Counted from the first letter of the stretch, positions 28,743-39,672 are shown. The stretch is DNA of 64,000 nucleotides from Candidatus Latescibacterota bacterium (GCA_965217865.1 CBDCJO010000002.1:4832001-4896000), one strand, 5' to 3'. Translations and numbers: made by a program. Notes: a model not told the origin generated them from the letters alone.

Positions 28743-30833
28743 ATGAATCGTAGCACGTTTCGTGTGGTGGGCATGGATTGTCCCGAGGAGTCGGGCCCGA
28801 TCGAACACCAATTGCGGTCGATGGATGGTGTCGAGGAGGTCCACTTCAACCTGATCGCGGGGACCGTCGCCGTGGACCACAGTCTGAAACCGGAGGATGT
28901 CGCCGGGGCGATTCGGGATTTGGGTTTCGAGGTTAGAACCGATTCGGACGACGAAGACGAGGTTTCGAAGCGCGGGTGGCGATTCTGGTTGACTTCCTGT
29001 GCCGGGATTTTCACTGCTTTGGGTCTATTGTTTGAACACACCGGGTATCCGCATTCGGTTTTTGTTCCCGCCTATATAGGAGCCATGCTGACCGGGGGGA
29101 TTGATGTGGCCTGTAAAGGGTTCAGGTCGATTCGCCGGATAAACCTCGATGTGCACGTGTTGATGATCCTGGCCGCCCTGGGAGCGGTCGGGATTGGGGC
29201 CTGGTCGGAGGGGGCCTCCGTACTGTTCCTATTCGCTGTTGCCCAGGCCCTGGAACGGGGGAGCATGGACAAAGCCCGGCGGTCGGTGAGGTCTTTAATG
29301 GCTCTTTCGCCTTCGGAGGCATCGGTTCTGAGGGACGGTGAAGAAAGCCGGGCAGCGGTGGAGGAAGTTGCGGTGGGCGAGATTGTCCGGGTGAGACCGG
29401 GGGAGAGGATTCCGCTTGACGGGCGGGTTTTGTCAGGGGCCTCGGAGGTGAACCAGGCGCCGATCACAGGGGAATCTCTGCCTGTTTCCGTGTCTCCCGG
29501 AGATACTGTCCTGGCAGGGACAATCAACGGGCAGGGATCCGTTGAGTTTACGGTCACGCGGCGGTCGGAGGAGACCACGCTTTCACAGATCGTTCATCTT
29601 GTCGAGGAGGCGCAGGCCAGCCGTGCCCCGAGCCAAAGATTTGTCGAACGATTTGCAAAGATCTACACCCCTGTCGTCCTCTGCGCCGCTGTTGCCGTTA
29701 TGACGATCCCATCCCTGATAATGGGCCTGCCCTTCGAGGACTGGTTCTATCGGTCGCTTGTCCTCATGGTCATCGCGTGCCCGTGTGCGCTGGTGATATC
29801 CACACCGGTATCGATCGTCTCCGCACTCGCGGGGGCTGCCCGAAGCGGGGTTCTGATCAAAGGGGGGGCGCATCTGGAAACCCTGGGGCGGGTTCGATCG
29901 GTGTTGTTCGACAAGACAGGGACGCTGACGGAAGGTCGACCGGGAGTTGACGAGGTGGTGAGCCTTAACAACGTTCCGGCCGTGGAGATTCTCCGGTTGG
30001 CTGCCTCGTTGGAGGTCCGGTCCGAGCACCGATTGGCGCAAGCCATCCTCGAAGCGGCTCATAGAGACGGCGTCGAACTCCTTCCGTCGAAGCATTTTCA
30101 GGCCATGGCCGGTTTGGGAGCCAGAGCCGAAGTTCAGGGAAAGACCTTCCTGCTGGGGAACCACCGGCTCATCGAGGAATTCGGTCTTTGCGGCCCCGAC
30201 GTGGAGTCGGTTCTGGAAGGGATCGAAGGCGACGGTCGCACGGCTGTGGTCCTGGCCGACCAGACTCGAGCCCTGGGTGTAATCTCGATCTCCGACAGAT
30301 TGCGAGGAGAAGGCCCGAAAGTCGTGGAGGAACTGAAGGACGATGGGATCGTCCACATCGGAATGTTGACGGGCGATAATGAGATCACGGCTCAGGTCGT
30401 GGCAAACCGGTTGGGTATTGAGGACTTTCGGGCGGAACGGCTTCCGAAGGACAAGGTTGATGAGGTTCGGGACGCGGTTGCGCGGTACGGGGTCGTGGCG
30501 ATGGTGGGCGATGGGATCAACGATGCCCCGGCTTTGGCCACGGCCTCGGTTGGGGTGGCCATGGGGTCTGGGGGCACTGACGCAGCGTTGGAGACGGCCG
30601 ACGCGGTGCTGATGGGAGACGACCTGACAAAGCTGTCTTGGGCGATTCGTCTTGGCCGCAGGACCTTGTCCGTTATCCGTCAGAATGTGGTTTTTTCCAT
30701 CGGGATTAAAGCCGTCTTCCTTGCCCTGGCCATTCCAGGCCTGGCAACCCTCTGGATGGCCGTGGCGGCTGACATGGGGGCTTCGCTCCTGGTCATCGCA
30801 AACGGAATGAGACTCCTGCGCGGAAATCGATAG
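28743..30833 (+). CDS. cadA: Heavy-metal (Cd/Zn/Pb) translocating P1B-type ATPase
   Basis: GMDCPEE HMA domain, TGES, CPCALVISTP, DKTGTLT, MLTGDN, GDGINDAPALA, ADMG. Confidence 0.9.
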   Translation: MNRSTFRVVGMDCPEESGPIEHQLRSMDGVEEVHFNLIAGTVAVDHSLKPEDVAGAIRDLGFEVRTDSDDEDEVSKRGWRFWLTSCAGIFTALGLLFEHTGYPHSVFVPAYIGAMLTGGIDVACKGFRSIRRINLDVHVLMILAALGAVGIGAWSEGASVLFLFAVAQALERGSMDKARRSVRSLMALSPSEASVLRDGEESRAAVEEVAVGEIVRVRPGERIPLDGRVLSGASEVNQAPITGESLPVSVSPGDTVLAGTINGQGSVEFTVTRRSEETTLSQIVHLVEEAQASRAPSQRFVERFAKIYTPVVLCAAVAVMTIPSLIMGLPFEDWFYRSLVLMVIACPCALVISTPVSIVSALAGAARSGVLIKGGAHLETLGRVRSVLFDKTGTLTEGRPGVDEVVSLNNVPAVEILRLAASLEVRSEHRLAQAILEAAHRDGVELLPSKHFQAMAGLGARAEVQGKTFLLGNHRLIEEFGLCGPDVESVLEGIEGDGRTAVVLADQTRALGVISISDRLRGEGPKVVEELKDDGIVHIGMLTGDNEITAQVVANRLGIEDFRAERLPKDKVDEVRDAVARYGVVAMVGDGINDAPALATASVGVAMGSGGTDAALETADAVLMGDDLTKLSWAIRLGRRTLSVIRQNVVFSIGIKAVFLALAIPGLATLWMAVAADMGASLLVIANGMRLLRGNR

Positions 30834-30902
30834 CGTTGTGGATTTCGGATGGGGGGTTGAAACTGCTGCGAGATGATTGTTGGCGCTGACGGATAATTAG
30901 GC

Positions 30903-31826
30903 ATGGATAAGATCGTCACGGACGTCAAAGATTCGTTCCGCAAGCTCATGGACGAGCTTTCCAATTTTCAAGACATCGCCCGATACATAAAACCGGAACC
31001 AGGGGATATCCCCGAGCTGCGCGGGTTCGAGATCTATGGGGAGACGATTGCCCTTAACGGGATCATCAGCGGAGACCATATCATTTATGTTGATTTTAAA
31101 AAGCGATTCGATCTGGAAGCCAGGATTACCGAAACCCGGGAACGAAACCGTGAAGATGTGGTGGAAAATCTGAGGCAGTGCCAGAAGAAGGCCGGAATCG
31201 TTTTACTGGACACTTCGGGACATCAGATCACCGATGCCCTGATGGGGGCCATGCTACATCAAGCTTTCTTGCTGGGTGCCATCTACGAACTCGATTATTT
31301 CGGTGAGATCACAACCCGGCTTTTTGAGCATCTCAACACGCGGTTTTTCAAGTCCTCGGGGCTGAGCAAGTTTTTAACGATGATTTACGGAGAGATATCC
31401 GAGGCCGGTACCTTCCGGTTTGTTTCTGCTGGACACCCGATGCCGGTCTTGTTTTCAAGTCGAGATGATGGATTTGTGGATATCGGCCGGGACACGCTGG
31501 CCGGTTTTCCTCCGATCGGAACCCTGCCGTCCCAGGAGGATATCGATCGAAGCATCTCCCACAGCGTTCTGGGGCACAAGAAAAAATATGAGGTCAATGA
31601 GATCAGCTTGATGGAGACCGGGGATATCCTTCTTCTATACACGGACGGACTTTCAGAGCACATCCAGGATCCGGATGTGGCCTATTTTCCGGATCACCTG
31701 GAGATTTCGCTCCGAAAGGCGAGAGGTGGGACGGCCAACGAGATCTTTCAGGCGATCCGGGAAGAGGTTTTGGCCTTTAATCACCCGGCGGACGATATCA
31801 GCTTCGTGATTATCAAGCGGACGTGA
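30903..31826 (+). CDS. PP2C/SpoIIE-family protein phosphatase without a sensor domain
   Basis: SGD, DTSGH, SAGHP.P, GD.LLLYTDGL.E, DDIS motifs. Confidence 0.85.
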   Translation: MDKIVTDVKDSFRKLMDELSNFQDIARYIKPEPGDIPELRGFEIYGETIALNGIISGDHIIYVDFKKRFDLEARITETRERNREDVVENLRQCQKKAGIVLLDTSGHQITDALMGAMLHQAFLLGAIYELDYFGEITTRLFEHLNTRFFKSSGLSKFLTMIYGEISEAGTFRFVSAGHPMPVLFSSRDDGFVDIGRDTLAGFPPIGTLPSQEDIDRSISHSVLGHKKKYEVNEISLMETGDILLLYTDGLSEHIQDPDVAYFPDHLEISLRKARGGTANEIFQAIREEVLAFNHPADDISFVIIKRT

Positions 31827-32007
31827 AAACGGAAAACCGCAAACGGGAAAACGGCAACGTGAAACCCACCAGGACAAAAAGTTGGTTGCTAAGCATGCGC
31901 TGAGTTTAAGGGGAGACACCTATATGCCCACTCCCACGAGCGTGATGTGTTTACGATAAAATATTACAGCAAATTTTCCGTGACCCCCCACAAGAGGTCT
32001 GGATTTC

Positions 32008-33375
32008 ATGGATAATCAATACGATGTTATCGTCATCGGGAGCGGACCGGGTGGGGAGGGTGCGGCGATGAAAGCCTCGAAGGAAGGTCGGCGGGTTGCG
32101 ATCGTTGAAGGCCGTCCGAGCGTAGGCGGGGATTGCACGCATATTTCCACCATTCCAAGCAAGGCCCTGAGGCACGCGATTCAAAGGCTATCCGATGTGG
32201 GGAAATTTCAATATGCCAATTACCAGGAGCTTTTAAAATCCGCCGAATCGGTCATTCACGACCAGGTCCAATTGCGCCGCGGATTTTATGAAAGAAACCT
32301 TGTGGATACCGTACACGGACTGGCGGGTTTTATCGACCCGAATACGATCGAAGTTACGGGTGAAGGCGGTGGAAAAGAGCGATACCAGGCGAAAGCAGTT
32401 ATCATCGCGACCGGCTCCAGACCCTATCACCCCGAGGATATTGATTTTTCCGATTCACGCATCGTGGACAGCGAAACCGTGTTGAACCTCAATCAAAACC
32501 CTCGATCGATTACGATATACGGCGCCGGGGTGATCGGGTGCGAATACGCATCGATTTTTCGGGGGCTTCGTATAAAAGTGAATTTGATCAACAGCCGGGA
32601 TCGGTTATTGTCCTTTCTGGATGATGAAATCATCGATGCGTTAAGCTACCACCTGCGGGAGCAAGGTGTCATAATCCGCCACGACGAGGAATACGAAAGC
32701 GTCGGTGTGGATGGCAAAGGGGTTCGAGTCCATCTCAAATCTAACAAACAGATCCACAGCGATATTTTGCTATGGGCGCAGGGTAGGACGGGGAATTCGG
32801 ATCATATGGGGCTGGAGACCATCGGGGTCGAGACGGACAAGCGTGGTTACATCGTGATCAACCAAAACTACCAGACGGCTCAAGAACATATCTACGCGGT
32901 CGGAGATGTCGTAGGATATCCCAACTTGGCCAGCGCGGCGTTTGACCAGGGGCGTTTTGCCGCCACCCACCTGATCTTTGGAGAATGCGAATATCAGCTT
33001 GTCCAGGACATTCCCACCGGCATCTATACGATACCTGAGATCAGTTCGGTGGGCCTCACGGAACAGGAACTAACGGCGAACAAGGTGCCCTATGAGGTCG
33101 GCCATGCTTTCTTCAGGCATCTGGCACGGGCTCAGATAACGGGAAAAAAGACAGGGATGCTGAAACTCCTGTTTCATCGAGACACCCTTGAAATTCTCGG
33201 CATCCATTGCTTCGGATCTGAAGCATCTGAAATCATACACATCGGCCAGGCGATCATGGCACAAAAAGGCGAAGCCAATTCGCTTATGTATTTCATCAAT
33301 ACGACTTTCAATTATCCGACCATGGCCGAGGCCTACCGCGTTGCGGCTCTTAATGGGTTGAATCGGGTCAAATAG
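32008..33375 (+). CDS. sthA: Soluble pyridine nucleotide transhydrogenase
   Basis: [67 protein letters not shown]. Confidence 0.93.
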   Translation: MDNQYDVIVIGSGPGGEGAAMKASKEGRRVAIVEGRPSVGGDCTHISTIPSKALRHAIQRLSDVGKFQYANYQELLKSAESVIHDQVQLRRGFYERNLVDTVHGLAGFIDPNTIEVTGEGGGKERYQAKAVIIATGSRPYHPEDIDFSDSRIVDSETVLNLNQNPRSITIYGAGVIGCEYASIFRGLRIKVNLINSRDRLLSFLDDEIIDALSYHLREQGVIIRHDEEYESVGVDGKGVRVHLKSNKQIHSDILLWAQGRTGNSDHMGLETIGVETDKRGYIVINQNYQTAQEHIYAVGDVVGYPNLASAAFDQGRFAATHLIFGECEYQLVQDIPTGIYTIPEISSVGLTEQELTANKVPYEVGHAFFRHLARAQITGKKTGMLKLLFHRDTLEILGIHCFGSEASEIIHIGQAIMAQKGEANSLMYFINTTFNYPTMAEAYRVAALNGLNRVK

Positions 33376-33415
33376 GGAATCCGGAATATACAAATTGAAA
33401 ACTTCAAATTGAAGC

Positions 33416-34255
33416 TCTCCGTGGAATATAGTGGACCCCGTCTTCGCCATTGACACCCGGGCCTTCGAGCTAATCCAGACGCCGAGACTAAAGTCAAGGC
33501 CTTCTTTCAGCGCCAACGGCGCGTTGTCCCTCAACCCAGGCGAGCTGCCCTGGGTCCTTGGAAAGCAACAGCGTCGTGCGGCCTGAAGGGCCGCGATAAT
33601 TACCCATCGACATGCCACAATCCCTGTCCCGTATCTTGATTCATCTAGTGTTCATCACAAAAGATCGTATACGCGTCCTCACGTCCACAATAAAGGCCGA
33701 ATTGCATCCTTACCTCGCCGGTACTCTCGCACACATTGATTGTCCGTCGTTGCTGGTGGCCTGCGATGAACAATATGTGTGGGTTAATCCGGATCGCGGA
33801 CCTGGTGGCCCGCTCGGTTCGCACACATTCAAACCCAGCCTGTTGGACTGGGCCAGGAATCACGGGCCGTTGGCCCGCTGATGCGTCGCCTTACAGAACT
33901 TCGGTTGCACAAAAAACCAGGAAGATCTCCATATCGAAAAGCCGAGATTAAAGTCAGGATCTTCTTTCAGCGCCAACGGCGCGTTATCCCTCAACCCAGG
34001 CGAGCCGCCCTGGGTCCCTTGGAAAGCAATATCGCCGTGCGGCCTGAAGGGCCGCGATAATTTCACATCCCCCAACCTGATTCATCTAGCCCTACGATGA
34101 ACAATATGTGTGGGTTAATCCGGATCGACCGTTGGCCCGCTGGATTCGCTCACATTCAATCTCAGCCCGTTGGACTGGGCAAAGGAATCACGGGCCGTTG
34201 GCCCGCTGATGTGTCGCCTCACAGAACCTCACTTTCCACCAAAAACTAGGAAAAC
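33416..34255 (+). mobile_element. Two tandem non-autonomous copies of an IS200/tnpA-type palindromic element
   Basis: About 33416..33930 and 33940..34255 each carry the same left and right palindromic arms as 6935..7480. Confidence 0.8.
33612..33790 (+). pseudogene. tnpA: Internally deleted IS200/IS605-family Y1 transposase
   Basis: MPQSLSRILIHLVF.TKDR...LHPYLAG.L....CP N-terminus joined directly to a DEQYVW C-terminus; HUH and catalytic Tyr regions absent. Confidence 0.8.
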
Positions 34256-34261
34256 TTCAAA

Positions 34262-34750
34262 TTGAAAACCGTTCTGGAACGAATTGAGGAGAACCTGGGC
34301 CGGGAGGGGGTGGCATATCGGGTCACTTCGCACAAGGCGGTCTTCACAAGCGCCGAAGCAGCGGAGGCGCGAGGCGCCACACTCTCCTCCGGGGCGAAGG
34401 CCCTCGTGGTGAAGGCGGGCAAATCGTTTGTCCTATTCGTGGTGCCGGGGGACCGAAAACTGGACAGCAAACGGGTTAAGAAGGACCTGGGGGTGAGAGA
34501 CCTGCGGTTTGCAACCCGGGAGGAGGTCCTCGAACTCACGGACCTCGAGACAGGGGCGATTCCTCCCTTCGGGAGTCTGTTCGGGTTGAAGACTATCTGC
34601 GATCGGGCGCTTGGTCAAAACTTAAAGATCAACTTCAATCCCGGATCACACACGGAGTCGCTGGAGATGGCGTTCGAAGACTATGTGCGGAGCGAGAGGC
34701 CAAACCTTGCGGATATCTCGATGTCTTCGGAACGGGTGGCGAGTCCATGA
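34262..34750 (+). CDS. YbaK/ProX-family aminoacyl-tRNA deacylase
   Basis: H..V.TS.EAA, GAKALVVK, LRFAT.EEV..LT....GAIPPFG, FNPG.H..S. Confidence 0.88.
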   Translation: MKTVLERIEENLGREGVAYRVTSHKAVFTSAEAAEARGATLSSGAKALVVKAGKSFVLFVVPGDRKLDSKRVKKDLGVRDLRFATREEVLELTDLETGAIPPFGSLFGLKTICDRALGQNLKINFNPGSHTESLEMAFEDYVRSERPNLADISMSSERVASP

Positions 34751-35463
34751 AGGCTTCCCTGATGGTGACCTGTCTGGGGGACTTTTTCTTCCCGGAGTGC
34801 GGTGTGGCTACCGTGAATCTGCTACGACGTCTCGGCGTGGAGGTGGATTTTCCCGGGTCCCAATCCTGCTGCGGGCAACCGCTTTTTAACAGCGGATATC
34901 ATCGGGATGCGCGTGCGGTTGCCCGGCACACCATGAAGGTTTTCGACTCGGATCGGCCCATCGTGGTTCCGTCGGGGTCCTGCGCCGCGATGGTGCGCAT
35001 CGGCTATCCGGATCTGTTTCGAGACGACCCGAAGATGGAAGAGCGGGCCAAGGAGATGGGCGGGCGGACATTCGAGCTTGCCGAATTCCTGGTGAAGGTC
35101 CTGGGGGTGGAGGACGTCGGAGCCCGATTTGAAGGCCGGGCGACTTACCACTATGCGTGCCACCTCCGCGGTCTGGATGCAAAGGACGAAGCGGTCCGGC
35201 TGATTCAAAAAGTGTCGGGATCGGAGTACATACCACTCGAGAGGTGGGACCAGTGCTGCGGGTTCGGAGGTTCTTTCTCCGTTCGCTATCCGGAGGTATC
35301 GGGGGCGATCGTGGGGGACAAGGTCGATTGTATCCTTCGGACGGGCGCGGATGCGGTGGTGTCCACGGATTCGGGATGTCTGATGAATATCTCCGGTGCC
35401 TTGAGAAGACAAGACCGAGAGATCCCGGCGATGCACCTTGCGGAACTCCTCGAATCCAGGTGA
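34747..35463 (+). CDS. lutA: Lactate utilisation protein A (CCG-domain Fe-S protein)
   Basis: TCL, Q.CCGQP..NSG, PSGSCA.M, YH.ACH..R, CCGFGG.FS, D.GCLMNI. Confidence 0.88.
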   Translation: MKASLMVTCLGDFFFPECGVATVNLLRRLGVEVDFPGSQSCCGQPLFNSGYHRDARAVARHTMKVFDSDRPIVVPSGSCAAMVRIGYPDLFRDDPKMEERAKEMGGRTFELAEFLVKVLGVEDVGARFEGRATYHYACHLRGLDAKDEAVRLIQKVSGSEYIPLERWDQCCGFGGSFSVRYPEVSGAIVGDKVDCILRTGADAVVSTDSGCLMNISGALRRQDREIPAMHLAELLESR

Positions 35464-35470
35464 TGTTGAG

Positions 35471-36889
35471 ATGTCCGGGGAATATGCAAAAATAATCCAT
35501 TCGGATTTCGTGGGGGCGAGCCAAGAGGCCGTTGGTGACGAGCATCTTCAGATCGCGCTCCAACGGTTGACCATTCGTTTGACCGAAGGGCTTCAGGCGT
35601 CGTTTGAAGGTCTGGACCGGGAGGCCATGCGTGAGCGGGCAAGGGGGATCAAGGCGAAGACTTTTTCCAACCTGGATGGCTATTTGTCGGAACTGGAGGA
35701 TTCCGTCGTTCGGGTGGGGGGACGTGTGCACTGGGCGTCAGACGGCGCGGAGGCAAGGAAGATCATTCTTCGGGTTTCCCGTGAGCACGGTGTTCAGAGG
35801 ATCGTCAAGTCGAAGTCGATGACCACTGAGGAGATCCACCTGAACGGGGCACTGGAGGAAGCGGGATTTGAGGTGTCCGAGACCGATTTTGGAGAATTCC
35901 TCCTCCAGTTGGCGGATGAGAGACCTTCCCACCTGGTTGCGCCGGTTTTGCACAAGACACGGGAGGGAATCCGGGCCCTCCTCGCCGAAAAATTAAAGCG
36001 GGACATTCCGGACGATCCCTCAGCGATGGCAGCGATCGCGCGGGAGGTGATCAGAGAACGGTTTCGGAACGCGGATATGGGAATCACAGGGGTAAACTTC
36101 GCGATTGCCGAAACGGGAACGATCGTTCTCGTCAGCAACGAAGGAAATGCCCGGTTGACGACCACGGCACCCAGGGTACACCTGGCCCTGATGGGTATCG
36201 AGAAGGTCATCCCCAAATTCGAGGATCTGGGAATTTTTCTCAAACTTCTTGCCCGAAGCGCTACGGGTCAGGCGATGTCGGTCTACACGACCCTGATCAC
36301 GGGTCCGCAGGGGGGGGGTCAGGTTAACGGGCCCGAAGCGTTCCACCTGGTGGTCCTGGATAATGGACGTTCGAAAATCCTGGGGGGCCCCTTTCAGGAG
36401 AGCCTTTTTTGTATACGTTGCCGAGCGTGCCTGAACACGTGTCCGGTATATCGAAAGGTGGGCGGACATGCCTATGGGGGGGTCTATTCGGGCCCCATTG
36501 GCTCGGTTCTTACTCCGCTCTACGACGGTCTCCCGGAGTATCACCACCTTCCCCATGCCTCCTCTCTGTGCGGGGCGTGTCAGCAGGTCTGTCCTCTCAG
36601 GATCGATATCCCTCACATGCTGATCGCCCTTAGAAACCGGCTCGAAGAGGAGGGCGCATCCCCCCTGCTGGAACGGCTGGCATATCGTACGTGGCGGACC
36701 GGGCTCTGTTCCCCAGCCATCTATCGTTTTGGCACGTGGGCCGCCCGAAAGCTGCTAAGGCTGAAAGGGGATGAAGAAGGATGGATCCACGGACTTCCCT
36801 GGATCGGAGAGGCCTGGACGCGGGTTCGAGATTTTCCGATCCCTCCCGAACGCTCATTCCGGGCGCAATGGAATGCGATGAGGGATTAA
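35471..36889 (+). CDS. lutB: Lactate utilisation protein B (LUD domain plus 4Fe-4S)
   Basis: VKSKSMTTEE, ETD.GE, PSH.VAP, NEGN, RSATGQ, CIRC.ACLN.CPVY, SSLCGAC..VCP. Confidence 0.92.
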   Translation: MSGEYAKIIHSDFVGASQEAVGDEHLQIALQRLTIRLTEGLQASFEGLDREAMRERARGIKAKTFSNLDGYLSELEDSVVRVGGRVHWASDGAEARKIILRVSREHGVQRIVKSKSMTTEEIHLNGALEEAGFEVSETDFGEFLLQLADERPSHLVAPVLHKTREGIRALLAEKLKRDIPDDPSAMAAIAREVIRERFRNADMGITGVNFAIAETGTIVLVSNEGNARLTTTAPRVHLALMGIEKVIPKFEDLGIFLKLLARSATGQAMSVYTTLITGPQGGGQVNGPEAFHLVVLDNGRSKILGGPFQESLFCIRCRACLNTCPVYRKVGGHAYGGVYSGPIGSVLTPLYDGLPEYHHLPHASSLCGACQQVCPLRIDIPHMLIALRNRLEEEGASPLLERLAYRTWRTGLCSPAIYRFGTWAARKLLRLKGDEEGWIHGLPWIGEAWTRVRDFPIPPERSFRAQWNAMRD

Positions 36890-37014
36890 TTTGGATCGGA
36901 TTCAAATTGCGGAATCGATAGTGGATTGAGAATTTAAAATCCTGGACTGCATCGTGCGCTTCACGCTTCACGTCTTGACTTTGTTACCGGGCATTCTATG
37001 AGGAAAGTTCACAC

Positions 37015-37707
37015 GTGAACCCCCGGAAAGCAATCCTCGAACGGGTCCGGCGGGCGGTTGTCTCCGGACAGGCCCACAGGCCTGGAATACGATTTAAGGT
37101 CGGTCAGGACGTGGGTTATGCCGGGGCCGGGGCGGACCTCCTCGGACGGCTTGCTGCCGAACTTAAGGCCGTCGGGGCTCATCCCGTCAGGGTGAACGGA
37201 ATGGAGTCGGGGATCGAAACGATCCGTGAGATCAGCCGGGGTGCACGGCTGGCGATTCGCTGGTCCTGTCCGCTCCTGGATCGATCGGGCCTTGACTCCG
37301 CCCTTGCGGAGAATGGGACGGAGGTGGTCCCATGGTCCGATGTGGAACGGCTACAGACCACCGATCCCGTAAAGGCCCGGGATTTGATCTTCGGGGCCGA
37401 CCTGGGCATCTCCTGCGTCGACGGGGCGGCCGCCGAGACCGGAACGATTGCCCTGGGGTCTTCCCCTGGACAGGGGCCACCCGTCAGCCTTCTGCCTCCC
37501 ACGCATATCGCCCTGGTTGAAGCCTATCAAGTTGTGCCCGATCTTTTTGATCTGCTGAAGATCTTCGAGTCGTCGTCGGGCAATCTTCCGGGCAACCTGG
37601 TTCTGGTTACCGGACCGAGCAAAACCGGGGACATCGAGTTGCGGTTGACCACGGGTGTTCACGGACCGGGAGACCTCCACGTGATCATTCTGGAGGATGG
37701 TGTTTAA
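37015..37707 (+). CDS. lutC: Lactate utilisation protein C (LUD domain)
   Basis: AETGT, SLLPP.HIA, TGPS.TGDIE..L..GVHGP. Confidence 0.88.
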   Translation: MNPRKAILERVRRAVVSGQAHRPGIRFKVGQDVGYAGAGADLLGRLAAELKAVGAHPVRVNGMESGIETIREISRGARLAIRWSCPLLDRSGLDSALAENGTEVVPWSDVERLQTTDPVKARDLIFGADLGISCVDGAAAETGTIALGSSPGQGPPVSLLPPTHIALVEAYQVVPDLFDLLKIFESSSGNLPGNLVLVTGPSKTGDIELRLTTGVHGPGDLHVIILEDGV

Positions 37708-37719
37708 GGGGAGAGGATC

Positions 37720-38920
37720 ATGGATTCGATTTACCGACACGTTCTCACGGATACCGAGCGGAACCTGTGGTATGGGTCGTGGGCGCTGGATGAGCTTGCG
37801 CTTCCGTTACGGACAGGATCGGCATGGCACGTCCAGAAAACGACGCTGAAGGGGGGTTGCAGGACGGGGTGGACCTGATCCGGGTCGATAACGGGGCGCT
37901 CTCTTTCTATATCGTTCCCACCAGGGGGATGGGGATCTGGAAGGGGGTCTACAAGGGAATTCCGCTGGGATGGGACTCCCCGGTCCGCGACCCCGTGCAT
38001 CCGGGATTCTTGGATCTGAACGATCGGGGAGGGTTGGGCTGGTTAAAAGGGTTCAACGAGTGGATCGTGCGATGCGGGCTGGAGAGCAACGGTGGCCCCT
38101 GCAAGGACATGATCGTCGATAACAACGGGAATCGGTCAGAGGTCGCACTTACCCTGCACGGAAAGGTCGCGAATATCCCAGCCCGCTTCGTTGAGGTCCG
38201 CGTGGAGCTATCTCCGCCCCACCGTATCACCGTTCTGGGTATCTAGAGGAGACCATGATGTTCGGACCCTCACTCCGTTTGACCTCTACGATCACGACTT
38301 CACTCGGATCGAATATGCTGACGATTCAAGATGAAGTCACTAATTTGAACCGGACCCCTGCGGAGCTTGAATTACTCTATCACTGCAATTACGGACCACC
38401 AATCCTAGAAAAGGGGAGCTCTCTGGTCGTGCCTTTCAAGGCGGTCTATCCCAGGGATGCGGTCGCCCGGGAGGAAATCAATGCCCACAACCGATTCTCC
38501 GGGCCGATTCGGGGGTTTGTTGAGCAGTGCTATTCTTACCAACTGGCGGGAAAAAGGGGAAGCGGGGAGACTTGTGTGCTGCTCAAGAATCGGGAGGGCA
38601 ACCTGGGTTCGTCCCTCCAATTCTCGCTGAAGCAGATGCCCTGCTTCACGCTGTGGAAGAACACGGCGCCGATAGAAGATGGCTATGTGACCGGACTGGA
38701 GCCCGCCACGAACTATCCCAACCCAAAATGGTTCGAGAGGCAGCAGGGACGGGTGGTGTCGCTTGAGGGTGGTGAGACCCGGCGGATGGATCTGACCCTG
38801 GCCGTGCACGACAGGAAGCAGCGCGTTAAGGAGGTGGAGGGGGAGATCCGAAAGATCCAGAAAAGGGTTCGGCCGAAGGTGTTCACGGAAATTTCAAAAA
38901 GGCTCTCGGCGGTGGGGTGA
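37720..38920 (+). pseudogene. DUF4432/aldose-1-epimerase-like gene interrupted by two single-base deletions (pseudogene or sequencing error)
   Basis: ATG 37720 after GAGAGG; -1 shift in G6 at 37851-37856 (LKGG/LQDGVD) and near 38243 (GI/EETMMFGP); motifs PTRGMG, GWDSP, LHG, LYHCN.G, GYVTGLEP.TNYPN. Confidence 0.8.
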
Positions 38921-38946
38921 GGGAGAATCTGTGAAAGAAGGATAGG

Positions 38947-39672
38947 TCAGATCAACCGTTCCCGGATAAATCGATCAACTTCCCCCCAGGCGTGTTCACA
39001 GGCATCTCGTCGGAAGCTTTGCGGTCGAGTGTGGTCGCAAAAAGAATGGGGCGCATCCGGAATGATGTGAAAATCGGTTTCAACACCCGCCGCGGCACAC
39101 CTCTCCTGCAAGGCCCGGACGTCCTCTGGTGAGATCATCTCGTCCGCCCCACCGAAAAGCCCAAGGATCGGACCCTTTGCCCGATCCATCTCCTCCAGTT
39201 CCTCATCTTTGAGCATTCCGTGCCAAACCACTGTCGCTGAAAGCCCCGGGATACGGTCCGCTCCCCGAAGGGCCATAGCCCCGCCCCAGCAATAGCCCCA
39301 AGTGATCAGCCTTTCCTTGTCCACTTCTTTCCGGCTTCTTAGCCAATCCAGCCCCGCCAGGATATCGGCCATACACCTATCGATCGTGATCGATTTTACG
39401 TATGGCTGTGATGATTTTCCCGCTTCCGGATCGATCGAAGGATCAAATGGTCCTGTTCCCCTCAAAAGGTGAGGATAAACGGCAGCTATCCCTTTTGATG
39501 CAAGCCGCCGGGCTTGCTGACGAGCCAGATCGCGCAATCCAAAAATGTCGTGGATCATCACTGCCCCGGGGACCGGTCCAGAACGATCAGGCAAAGCGAA
39601 GAATGCCTGCAATGTCTCATCACCGCTCGTTACGGTCACCTCCGATTCCTGAATTCGAAATTGCTCGGCCAT
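38947..39672 (-). CDS. Dienelactone hydrolase family protein
   Basis: HDIFGL, GYCWGG nucleophile motif, G..D, HSF. Confidence 0.9.
   Translation of the reverse strand: MAEQFRIQESEVTVTSGDETLQAFFALPDRSGPVPGAVMIHDIFGLRDLARQQARRLASKGIAAVYPHLLRGTGPFDPSIDPEAGKSSQPYVKSITIDRCMADILAGLDWLRSRKEVDKERLITWGYCWGGAMALRGADRIPGLSATVVWHGMLKDEELEEMDRAKGPILGLFGGADEMISPEDVRALQERCAAAGVETDFHIIPDAPHSFCDHTRPQSFRRDACEHAWGEVDRFIRERLI

Noticed and set aside
38240-38260. In-frame TAG considered as pyrrolysine or stop read-through
   Set aside because: The downstream homologous sequence is in a different frame, so this is an indel rather than recoding
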